Notes: a model not told the origin generated them from the letters alone. DNA of 64,000 nucleotides from Antedon mediterranea (GCF_964355755.1 NC_092670.1:5322201-5386200), one strand, 5' to 3'. Positions 1 to 10,099 are shown, counted from the stretch's first letter. Made by a program: numbers and translations.

Positions 1-56
1 CTAGTCTATACGTCAAATTATACGTTTATGTAAGTAAAGTAACGTTCTTCAGTTAC

Positions 57-3000
57 CTAAATTAACGCATTCGACTCCAGCATCTTCAGAATGATCGCAG
101 TTTTCTATTCCCACACCTGCATGTCGACAAGTTGTAATCAACGTTTCATCTCCATTACACGCAATATCGTCAAGATGTATAGGTCCTGTTCCCTCGCCCC
201 AGGAGGCCTCTGATGTTGTTCTTACAGCATATAAATAGCCAAGCTGTTTGCAAACTACTGTACCGTCTGCAATGTCCCAACTATCATCACAAACTGTTCC
301 CCATACGCCATTGTAGAGTAACTCGACACGTCCTTCGTTCGAGGTAGAACCACCCCGAAGCCTAACAGTCACTAACAATTATACAAAAAAAGAAATCTAA
401 TTACAGTTGGTACAATCTCGACGACTGAATAATTTTTTATGTGTTATTTTAATTTTAAATGTCTTAGAAAAACCTTTAAATTGGTAGATACAGTAGATAA
501 AAATGGAAATAAATATTATATACTAGTGCATCACCAATAATAACTTAATTCCTACCGGAGCATCGAACACCAGCATCATCAGAATGACTACAGTGTTGTT
601 GACCTTTATGTCTTGACAGACACTGATGCAGACCAGTTTCTGTACCAACACACGCAACATCATCCAGCAAAATAGCACCAGATCCCTGTCCAAAATGCGC
701 ACCAGAGAACGCTTCACTTGGGCCTGTGTACGACATTGAATTGCAGACAACGTCTGCATCTTTAACTCCCCACGAATTGTCACAAACAGTTCCCCAGTTA
801 CTCTGGTAAAATATCTCAACACGACCCTCAAATTCATTGGCACCTCCAACAAGACGCACTACAATTGTATTAAGAAACAATAAGTTACATAAAACAAAAA
901 TTAACATTATAATCATGAGTTTTTTTAAGTTGTATCACCTAACACAGCTAGTGAAATGATGACAGTTACCTAAATAATGGCATTCCACTCCGGCATCTTC
1001 AGAATGACCACAGTTTTCTATTCCAATACCGGCGTGTGAGCAGTCTGTAATTAATGTTTCATTACCGTTACACCTAACATCGTCAAGGTGTATAGGTCCT
1101 GTTCCTTCACCCCAGGAGGCATCTGATGTTACCCTTGCAGCACCTGGATATCCAAGCTGTTTGCAAACTATCCTGCCATCTGCAATGTCCCAGTCATCGT
1201 CACAAACTGTTCCCCATACACCGTTGTGCAGTACCTCGACACGTCCTTCATTTGAGGTAGAGCCACCTCGAAGTCTAACACTAACAGGCTCTAAACAAGC
1301 AAGGGCCGTTTTTATATAAACTATATAATGTTTCAATTTATCTAACTGTAACTTGTCTATTACCCTTTTCACATGGTCCTAGCTAGACGCAAACAATCTT
1401 AATGGAGAATATAAAGAAATGTTGTGGATGTTAAATTTGGGAACGTAAAACTTCATCAACAATCGTCTACATTGAAAACTTGACAACAAATTTGTCATAG
1501 CCATTCGGCAAACCTTCAACTGTTTATATTAAAAAATTCCCATTTTCACTCCACGCCAGCCGTCAACTAACTGCTGGATACGACTCAAAGGTTGTGATTA
1601 ATGATAGGCGATTCACAGAAACAAGTAATTTGAATATACAAACATAAAACCTTACCTGAGCATCTCACGCCAGCGTCTTCAGAATGACCACAGTTGTGCT
1701 CTCCAATACGATTTGACGGACACTGATGCAGACCAGTTTCTGTACCAACACATGCAACATCATCTAGCAAAATAGGACCAGATCCCTGTCCAAAGTGCGC
1801 AACAGAGAATGCTTCACTTGAGCCTGTGTATCCTAGAGAATTACAGACAACATCGGCGTCTTCAACTCCCCACGAATCATCACAGACTGTCCCCCAGCTG
1901 TCCTGATAAAATATCTCAACACGACCCTCTAATGCAGTAAAACCTCCAGTAAGACGAACTACAAAAATTAAACAATACACAACTAAGATTTTTCAACGCG
2001 TTATCCAATATATATTAACGCCTATTAAGTATAGGGTCGCACTACAAAGTAACGTTTGTAGTACAGATGTAAAGTATTCACAAAGTATTTACTAGATGAT
2101 CCAATCATTTCTGTACTTCCCTTCGTCGAATTACCTGGTTTACAAGAAGGTTATAATAAGCTATAAGCTATTTTTTATTACTAATAGGCCTACAATTTCA
2201 TTCTGTATTATCTCGTTTGTGTATTGTGTATTATAACTTTTTCCAAAAGTATAGGATGTACAGGTCTATGAAATTAAAGGGATGATGGGTGACTAATGAT
2301 AAATCAGTTACCTAAATTAACGCATTCGACTCCGGCATCTTCAGAATGACCACAGTTTTCTATTCCAAAACCAGCGTGTGAGCAATGTGTAATCGACATT
2401 TCATCCCCATTGCAGTGTACATCGTCAAGATGTATAGGTCCTGTTCCTTCACCCCAAAATGCATTCGTTCTTACCCTTACCGCGCCTGGATATCCAAGCT
2501 GTTTGCAAATTACTCTACCGTCTGCTATACCCCAGTCATCATCACAAACTGTTCCCCATACGCCGTTGTTCAGTATTTCGACACGTCCTCCGTTCGGGGT
2601 AGAACCACCCTGAAGCCTAACAGGCACTAAAGTTTAATAAACGAAAAGTAAAACAGTTAACATGGGTAATCTGTATATCTACGTAATATGTTGCAGGGTT
2701 TTGAAGAGCCTATTTCTGCTGGGAAAACCCCGGATTTTAAACGAATTTTAAATACGTTAACGACGTGTCTGACACGGGAAATGGAACTACTGACAAATTA
2801 AAACACTATGCTGTCTCAATCGTAAAACCGGTTTTTTAAATGGTTTCCGTTCAGCTGCAACATAAATTCAGAAGGTGACTACTCTCTGTAGATAATAAGT
2901 TTGGCAGCATCCGCCTTCCATACAAGACTTAAGTTATATAAAACTGCTCGATTATTAATATTGTTTAATGTAGACTACACCAGTGTTACACGCTGTGCAA

Positions 3001-3328
3001 TTGTATCCTAATCCTTACTAATTCTTAATAATTATTCACTATCTAATGTTTATTATATCTAATCCAGCTAACGTAAATAGTTAAAAAGTTTAGTAATTTT
3101 AATGCGGAGAGCCTGCCTACCATTGTCTTTATTCATCAGACTCGATGGGGATTTCTTAAATAACAATATAACTTTATAATTTGTTGAATAGAAATCCAAA
3201 CAATAAATAAGTTTATTTCGAATGTTTAAAAATTAATTCTTACCAAATGTCCTTTTGAATATATCCCATTCGGGATTTTGTATTGCCGCAGCGGCATTCA
3301 AAAATAGCGCACACAAGAACATCTTCAT
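57..3328 (-). CDS. Secreted multi-domain scavenger receptor cysteine-rich (SRCR) protein, DMBT1/sea-urchin SRCR-like; 3' end lies outside the window
   Basis: Signal-peptide exon 3328-3244 ([28 protein letters not shown]). It is followed by five phase-1 exons, each one 6-Cys SRCR domain (VRLxGG...GRVE...WGTVCDD...EDAGVxC): 2626-2312, 1958-1656, 1290-970, 858-556, 371-57. All have AG/GT boundaries. Putative non-coding first exon has its donor at 4537. Confidence 0.93.
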
Positions 3329-4175
3329 AATTCGCTAACAAATCTGTAGTGGTTTGAGTGGATCAAGATACACAATCTGAATTACTGTAACGGTCGATAT
3401 CAAAATATTGAATACTAGCAAATACTAGTACAATTCTGGTCAATTTGATAGCCTACTTATCCCCTCCAAAACACCCCAAAACTTCCAACCCATTCCCGGG
3501 GTGAATAAAATACTTTTGAACTTTCGTAGTACAAATCTGGTCCTTTTTCTTTTTAGGTAATTTTTTTTTCTATCCAATTTTTAGTAAAAGTAAATAACTA
3601 TTATGTAACATTGAAATTGCATATTAAAAAGAAAATGTTAAACAATTTTTTTCAGGGGGACAATACATCATTAAATAAATGAATTATCAACATTCGACGA
3701 ATAATTCAATTCCATTTCTTTTATTTCGGAAAAAATTCATCCATATCAACAAACAGAAAAAGAAAAAAAAAGAAAATTCGCAAATAATAAACAGTTATCA
3801 TTTGTTTACTGAATACCACATTTACTTTTCCAAATTTAACTTTTTCTCAATCAAATCCACCGCATTCATCTTAAATGAAAAATCTTAAGGATGCAACAAA
3901 AAGACGATTTTTGCCGCAGCGCTGTAAAAAAGATATTCACCTCAGGGCGATTTCCCGTTAGCCCAGTGTGGTATTCAACAATATTGTTTTATTAAATAAA
4001 AAAGTAGTTATCGTTGACAACTATGCGTTGGACCACGTGAATCAAATTAATAAAACGGCAGAGTAAGAGTCTGTTATAAATGAGTTGATTGCAAAAAAAA
4101 CCAAAATAGTGTTTTATTGAATAAAAAAGTAGTTATCGTTAATCATTATGTTATAATCGGAAATTGCGTTACCAT

Positions 4176-4374
4176 TTTTTTAGTCGCGTGGACGCGACTC
4201 TATAGTTCACTATGTCGGTCGGTCGGTCTGTCTGTCGGTCCGGTATCACTATGCGTTTTATCGCTTTTCTGTACTTTTTGAACTGTTTTGATATACAGAA
4301 AAGTTTTAAAGTACATTACTTTTTGAAAGTTCATTTTTTTCTGAGAGCACGCGACTTATGGCTGTTGGCCTTGT
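4176..4374 (+). mobile_element. Helentron/DINE-like non-autonomous element (HINE-type)
   Basis: T-run, then AGTCGCGTG...ACGCGACT sub-terminal inverted repeat, a (GTCG/GTCT)n microsatellite, and a 3' CACGCGACT plus short hairpin ending GGCCTTGT. Confidence 0.6.
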
Positions 4375-4537
4375 GTTTATAGTGCGCCACTAGTCGCGAA
4401 TCTAGTTTCTAAAATCTAAAGTATATAATTAATCAATCAATTAAATCTATAACAGCGGTTAATATAATAGTAAAATAAATATAAAGTAAATATAGAAGGT
4501 TATTAGTTGAAATTATTAAGAGAAGCAAGTGTCTTAC

Positions 4538-4607
4538 CGTCTAAGTCGTGCTACCATACACTCGGATGATGCTGCGAAGTTGAAAGAAAACTGCAAAATG
4601 AAAATGC
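4538..4607 (-). other. Putative non-coding first exon of the SRCR gene
   Basis: Minus strand ends ...TTAGACG|GTAAGAC. It is homologous (inverted) to the plus-strand exon at 5706-5772. An acceptor at 3344-3345 precedes the ATG exon. Confidence 0.6.
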
Positions 4608-4899
4608 TTGTATTTAGTTCCTCGTTCTCTTATTCAAATTATTCGAGATAAAAATCATTAACTATTGTTCACTAATAGAAAATAAAACCAAAAACTAAAT
4701 ACTGTACATAATCCTTTCAACTTTCAACGTGACATCCGATTATTGCATGATACGGGAAATCATTGGAATTGCTTTTGTGTTGTAACCATTGTATTACCAT
4801 CATAAATACATTCACAAACAGGCCTATAATGGAAACCATTCCTATTTGACTGCCCTAGATAACAAAACAACTTCTATTTCGATGTCGCTGTGTTGCTGC

Positions 4900-4952
4900 A
4901 GTGATGTGTGACGTAATGATGAAAGATGATGGACGTTGTTTCTGATTGGTCA
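4900..4952. promoter_or_regulatory. CRE/ATF-like site and CCAAT box between the two divergent first exons
   Basis: TGACGTAA at about 4908-4915 and CTGATTGG (reverse CCAAT) at about 4943-4949. Motif match only. Confidence 0.3.
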
Positions 4953-5705
4953 GAAGTTCCTTTAATAAGACGAATGATTTTTTTGTTCTGATTTTACGTC
5001 CCCTGTAGATTAATTCGACGAAACATAATTGATATTGATAATAAGTTATATAACCCTAACCCTAACGGTCCATGCCAATCTTTCATCAATTGTATTATGA
5101 ATACAATAGCGCATACTTTAAGATGATGCAAACCTGTTTCAGATAACCAATTGTCGCGTATCTAAAACTCAATATGCATGAAGAGCAAAATAAAAAGTAA
5201 ATTTTTGTTGGTTTTATGTATTAAAATTATGTAGCATTAAAATTGCATACTCAACAATAACATTTAAAAAAATTATATTTTTTCAGGGGGACAATACATC
5301 TTTAATTGGAACCCACATACGATTCTTTTTATCTTCCCTAGAAATGGCACCAATCAACTTAGGACGCTGGAGTGTAGCGCATCCATTGCATTCCATAAGC
5401 TTTTTCTACGCTTTGTGTATACACGTATATTATAAATTGTCTAATGGGCAATATATATTATTCTTTAAACGTTTCACAAACTTAAAGAAGAAGCGAATGC
5501 CTTATTACAAAATGAAAGTTAGTTTAGTTCCTTGTTCTTGATTGATAATTCTACGAATTATTACCATTGTTCACAAACAGAAAATAAAAGCAAGTAGATA
5601 CATGATTATCAAAACTCATTGTACGATACTTTCTTTCAGGAAATCATTAGAATTGCGTTGTTTGGTACCCAAATCAAGAACGTGGAACTATAACTACCCT
5701 CTCAC

Positions 5706-5772
5706 GCATTGTTTCATTTTGTAACTTTATCTCAACACCGTAGCATCATCAAGGTATACGGCAACTGAGACG
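5706..5772 (+). other. Putative non-coding first exon of the 1146-aa gene
   Basis: TATA-like TATAAC at about 5689, Inr-like TCATTT at about 5714, donor GAGACG|GTAAGAC at 5773. Acceptor TACAG at 6643 lies 15 nt before the ATG. Confidence 0.6.
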
Positions 5773-6104
5773 GTAAGACACAATTATTTGCTTCTTATAT
5801 TAACAACTTTTTAATGAAAAATAATATTAACGCTTTCTATTAATAACATTTATTATAACCATAATCATGTAGTTATAGAAATTTTCAATCTTGGGATGGT
5901 AGGAATATCAAATATAATAAGTTAACGACTAATTATTTAAATTTAAAATCAAATTATAAAAAAAAATATTTCAAAGTAAATTCACACTATTTTAAAACCA
6001 TTAAACATTGTATCTTTTATTGTATACTTTTTCGAGATTTTTACAGTTTTATTAGTAAGTTTTTAAATGTTGGATGTTATTTATTACTTTTTATAAAGTT
6101 CCAC

Positions 6105-6487
6105 AATAACAATAATACAGGTCTCTCTCTCTCGCGAAGCCTTGTAATTGAAATGAGTACTCTTTAAATCATCATTTAACGAGGATCTATTGAAGGGCAA
6201 AATTCCAGCTCCAATAACGTATATTAAAGTTGTTTCAGTTAAAACGCTCGTAGTTGGATCTTGGGCCTATAGACTCGCGGCCCGCCCTGCCCCTTCTCTC
6301 AGTTTTCACCCGGTTCCCTTGTTTGAGTGGCGGAGGTTTACTTTGAAAACATTGGAGTGATCAAAGCAGGCTATACGTCTGAATAGCAGAGCATGTAATA
6401 ATGAATGGAATAGGACTTTTGCTGTTGCGTTTGTTTTTTGCAACTCGAGGTAATGATAAAGAGGGACTTTCGTATTGCGGTGTGAGA
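6105..6487 (+). pseudogene. Decayed 18S (SSU) rRNA fragment covering roughly the V3-V4 region
   Basis: Colinear blocks recognisable as eukaryotic 18S: TGTAATTGAAATGAGTAC, TTTAACGAGGATCTATTG.AGGGCAA, AATTCCAGCTCCAATA.CGTATATTAAAGTTG, GCTCGTAGTTGGATCTTGGG, TTTACTTTGAAAA, TCAAAGCAGGC, ATGGAATAGGAC, GAGGTAATGAT.AAGAGGGAC, TTCGTATTGCGGTGTGAGA. Many substitutions and internal deletions, so not a functional rRNA. Confidence 0.9.
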
Positions 6488-6517
6488 TATGTGTTTATAT
6501 AAATAGATACCGTATAC

Positions 6518-6613
6518 AATGAACGAATGAAGGGACGAATGAATGAATGAACGAACAAACGAGCGAGCGAGTGAGTGGGCGAGTGAGCGAACACACGAAC
6601 AAATGAATGAATA
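6518..6613 (+). repeat. Compound tetranucleotide microsatellite (GAAT/GAAC/GAGC/GAGT)n
   Basis: Directly visible tandem tetramers just downstream of the 18S fragment. Confidence 0.8.
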
Positions 6614-6658
6614 AATTGTATAACTATATATTTTTTAATACAGATCTAAAAAGTCGTC

Positions 6659-9600
6659 ATGTATCCGGTAACCGCTCTGTGTGTACTTCTGGTAGTTGCA
6701 ATGATGTCAACAGCAACCGCACAATTAAGCAAGAAGTCCATTCATAATGGCACAACTGTACCTAATGATGAGCTCATGAATGCTTTATACATCTCTGATC
6801 CCGATCCGTCGACAGGATATATGGACTTCTGGAAATCTTGGCACACAAATTACATTCTTGCTAGGCTAACTTCAAGTTCAGTGGAATACGACACCTGGTT
6901 GGAAAGAGAACACGATGCCAATGAAGCCATAACAAATCTTTGGTCGTATACAGCACATATGGTTGTTTCAAACTTATTTGATCTATATGGTCATTTTAAG
7001 GTTACTGAACAACTAGGAAACAACAAACCAACAGGTGTTATTGATTTCAAGACACTATCGTCCCATTTTCTTAACGTTAGTCAAACCTTTGATTCATATA
7101 ATGATACCTGGCCCTATTCATCGTTTAGCAAAGATTTTTTCAAGGACTTTTCTGTGGCTCTTCTACACTTGCAGCAAATGGTAAATTTCCATGATGCACG
7201 TATTCTGTATTTTTCAAACTTGGGCGTTGACAATTCGTCAAGATCTGATGTACTAGAATCTCTCTTTTCTACCACATTACTGAATTATATTCCAAGCCAA
7301 GCTACTAGCAATGTATTTTATCATTCTATAGTATTGGAAGCTATCGACTCATTTACTAGAGACAATTGGTCATATTCTCCTCAAGTAGAAACCGAAGTAA
7401 CCAGAAGGTGTTCGGATCTGTCAGGTTCTCCCGTTGCCACTGAATATTATTGTAAAGCTAAAGATGTTACTGTGTTACTAAGAGAGTGCCTTAGTTTGAA
7501 TGACGTTGTTCCATGTCTGTATTATCCCTTGTTTCAAGACTACTTCGAAAAAGGTAGATTTAGATCTCAAGACGAATTAGCTTTAATAACATGGGCCGCC
7601 GAGAAAACACGCATCGTGCTTACCTCAATTAAAGATAGTGTTTCCGCAGAAAATGAGGCTGGAATCAGAAAGTTCGTTCAAGAATACAACTCACATTTTA
7701 CAATCGTAAATGTCAAGCAATGTGTTCATAATTGGCCGAAATCCTTTGACTGTGATGGTAATTATACGTGTATGATAAACACTATGTACAGATTTGACTG
7801 TTTGATTCGATTCCTGATAGATCAAAGTCAGAAACTATTGGATGTAAAATCCTCAAGACGATGGTCTGACCCAATCGTTTTAACGGCTAAGAATAACGTA
7901 ATGATCTGGCTATCTTACTTGCCTATGGCTAATTATGTTAGCTTTGATTCTGATGACATCAATGATATAATCATATCAACACAGAGAACTGTTAATGATT
8001 ACGTTACAAGTTATAATATTGCCGGCCTTACGAAGTTTTCATTGAATCTTCCACCAGTTACACTCGTTCCACTTTGGGCCAGAAATGCTGCTTGTCAAAC
8101 GGTAACACATAACGAGGCCTACACCATATATTGTACCTTAGAGCCATTGTTGAACAGCGTTCACATGTTTGTGAAAGCATACAAACATGGTCGTAAATCT
8201 TCTGTGAAGGTGTTGAATCCAAATGTTAATTACAGAGTTTTAATCGAACAACTTCAACTAGATCGTATTCAACAATATATCAATGAACAAACACAGTCGT
8301 ATTTCAATGATATCACCAGTCAGCTTCAACACAATTTTGGATCACTATCAACTTATTTTTCATCTTTAGCTGATTATGATAAGCGGAAAGCAACTGCTGA
8401 TATTTACTCCATTGATGAAAAACTTAAATTTTTTAGTGGTCTAGTAAACACACTTACCGATAAAGTAAAATCTTCATTTTCCGTTGTCCTGGGTTTTGCC
8501 ATTGGTGCCAATACCGCTGAAGCAGTCCAGAAAACTGTTCAATATGGTGTTGCCGTTGCTCAAGTAGCTAATCCTTTGTCAACATTACTTGGAGGTTCTA
8601 GTATTCTTGATTTGATGGACAGCATTAATGATTTGGCTCAGACTAGTGTTACTACAGCTGTTTTGGTAAATCTCAGTGAGGATGAATTCCCAAAGATCGC
8701 AAATTTGGCCAAAAAAATCGGCACTGGGTTTCTTGCTAATAAGGAGCATTTGGATAATACTAAAGCATTAATTGATGGTATAAAAGAGGGTACGCCTAAT
8801 ATGGATGACATAGCGCTCACATTCCTTGAACAAGACGAGGCCTACGATTCACAGGTTTTGAAATCTGACATATCTTTATACGGAGAAAAACTTGCGACTG
8901 TCGCTGAAACATTATGTGAAGCTGCGTTTTCAGGAGATACAGCTGCTAGTGCTTTGGTTGAAGTAGGATTAGCTACCAGTGGAGATTGTACTAAAATAAG
9001 TGCAATGATTGCTCAATTAATCACTGTTTATGAAGAGCTTTATGATTTCCAATTCGATCTCATGGACACATTAGCTGACGCTGTCCGCGCTAATTTAGCA
9101 TTTGAAAAAGCAAATAAAATGAAATTGATATACACCAGCGGAACTAGAGTTGACCAGGCCTTTTTACAGAGTAGTGCTGTAAACACTTACATGGTTTCTG
9201 TTATGCATATTTGGGCAGTTATTACTGAATATTGTAATGTTCTAACATATATAAGAGGGGGAGAGGTGCCTAAAAAGTGTGATACAGCTATCAATAGTCC
9301 GTCCCACGAGAATGTTGCTCAGGTTCTTAGCTATAATCCCGCTCCACTTTGTCATGTCAACAACGAGATTACAAATTTCCATGTTATACCAACTCAACCT
9401 AGTGGAGCCGGAGATAAAGGTTATATCGATCTTGAAAAACTATATAATCTTGAAGAAGTGACATTTCAAATTCCAAACCATCAATGGCTTCAAAATAATG
9501 GCTGGGTACATGTTTCAGAAGACGAAAAACCCACCTATGTAAGTAGATTTGAATTGTATCTTCCTCCAATGTCGGGCACTTCTCAGCACACAGTTGAAAT

Positions 9601-10099
9601 CACAGCTAAACCAAGTTCACAAAACTATTTGTCAAATGGCGGAACTAAGTACATATTGCCTGTTGATGGATATAGCTGCAGGTATACTGAAAACAGTCAC
9701 AATTGTTATAAGAAATTTGTAAATAATCCATATACTTTGTGCAGAACCAACCCATTAAGTCAGCTATGCGTTACCTCCAATGGGCATGTTGACAGATATA
9801 TTCAACCATCCATATACAATGAATGGAAAGTATCAGCTACATCTTTGCCTTTGAATCAAGTTGCTCCAAAGCCCACTACTGATTTTAAGCTACAGGTTGG
9901 TATAACTATGTGCAGACCTAACTTAGCCAACAGAAAACGGCGTGATGTAGCAGAGTCTTTGCAAGAAACTGTCAATTTCATTAGAAACCGAAGAGGTGCT
10001 CAGCATTGTTGCAGCTCACACCAATACTGGAATGGCACAGCTTGTACCACCTGTCCATCCGGATCAAGTCAAAGACATAATGGTTATTATTGTCAGTAA
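6659..10099 (+). CDS. Uncharacterised secreted 1146-aa protein in a single coding exon; possible helical pore-forming toxin-like effector
   Basis: Uninterrupted 3.4-kb ORF in roughly 65-70% AT DNA. Signal peptide MYPVTALCVLLVVAMMSTATA. Long helical middle section with a hydrophobic Ala/Gly/Val hairpin, a beta-rich C-terminal domain, two furin sites (RKRR, RNRR) and a Cys-rich tail. The gene is certain; the function is inferred. Confidence 0.92.
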   Translation: MYPVTALCVLLVVAMMSTATAQLSKKSIHNGTTVPNDELMNALYISDPDPSTGYMDFWKSWHTNYILARLTSSSVEYDTWLEREHDANEAITNLWSYTAHMVVSNLFDLYGHFKVTEQLGNNKPTGVIDFKTLSSHFLNVSQTFDSYNDTWPYSSFSKDFFKDFSVALLHLQQMVNFHDARILYFSNLGVDNSSRSDVLESLFSTTLLNYIPSQATSNVFYHSIVLEAIDSFTRDNWSYSPQVETEVTRRCSDLSGSPVATEYYCKAKDVTVLLRECLSLNDVVPCLYYPLFQDYFEKGRFRSQDELALITWAAEKTRIVLTSIKDSVSAENEAGIRKFVQEYNSHFTIVNVKQCVHNWPKSFDCDGNYTCMINTMYRFDCLIRFLIDQSQKLLDVKSSRRWSDPIVLTAKNNVMIWLSYLPMANYVSFDSDDINDIIISTQRTVNDYVTSYNIAGLTKFSLNLPPVTLVPLWARNAACQTVTHNEAYTIYCTLEPLLNSVHMFVKAYKHGRKSSVKVLNPNVNYRVLIEQLQLDRIQQYINEQTQSYFNDITSQLQHNFGSLSTYFSSLADYDKRKATADIYSIDEKLKFFSGLVNTLTDKVKSSFSVVLGFAIGANTAEAVQKTVQYGVAVAQVANPLSTLLGGSSILDLMDSINDLAQTSVTTAVLVNLSEDEFPKIANLAKKIGTGFLANKEHLDNTKALIDGIKEGTPNMDDIALTFLEQDEAYDSQVLKSDISLYGEKLATVAETLCEAAFSGDTAASALVEVGLATSGDCTKISAMIAQLITVYEELYDFQFDLMDTLADAVRANLAFEKANKMKLIYTSGTRVDQAFLQSSAVNTYMVSVMHIWAVITEYCNVLTYIRGGEVPKKCDTAINSPSHENVAQVLSYNPAPLCHVNNEITNFHVIPTQPSGAGDKGYIDLEKLYNLEEVTFQIPNHQWLQNNGWVHVSEDEKPTYVSRFELYLPPMSGTSQHTVEITAKPSSQNYLSNGGTKYILPVDGYSCRYTENSHNCYKKFVNNPYTLCRTNPLSQLCVTSNGHVDRYIQPSIYNEWKVSATSLPLNQVAPKPTTDFKLQVGITMCRPNLANRKRRDVAESLQETVNFIRNRRGAQHCCSSHQYWNGTACTTCPSGSSQRHNGYYCQ

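Noticed and set aside
523-852. Alternative-frame and antisense ORFs over SRCR exons (also 2385-2630, 2410-2613)
   Set aside because: Shadow frames of genuine SRCR exons with no independent coding signal.
3121-3154. Possible small exon in the SRCR gene (AG...ATG|GTAGG on the minus strand)
   Set aside because: 34 nt long; in the required phase it reads into a TAA stop, so it cannot be part of the SRCR frame.
5051-5066. TAACCCTAACCCTAAC telomere-like repeat
   Set aside because: Fewer than three units; too short to call an interstitial telomere.
6105-6487. Functional rRNA gene
   Set aside because: Only a fragment, lacks invariant segments and has no flanking rDNA; called as a pseudogene instead.
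6361-6594. 77-aa minus-strand ORF
   Set aside because: Produced by the tetranucleotide microsatellite and the antisense of the 18S fragment.
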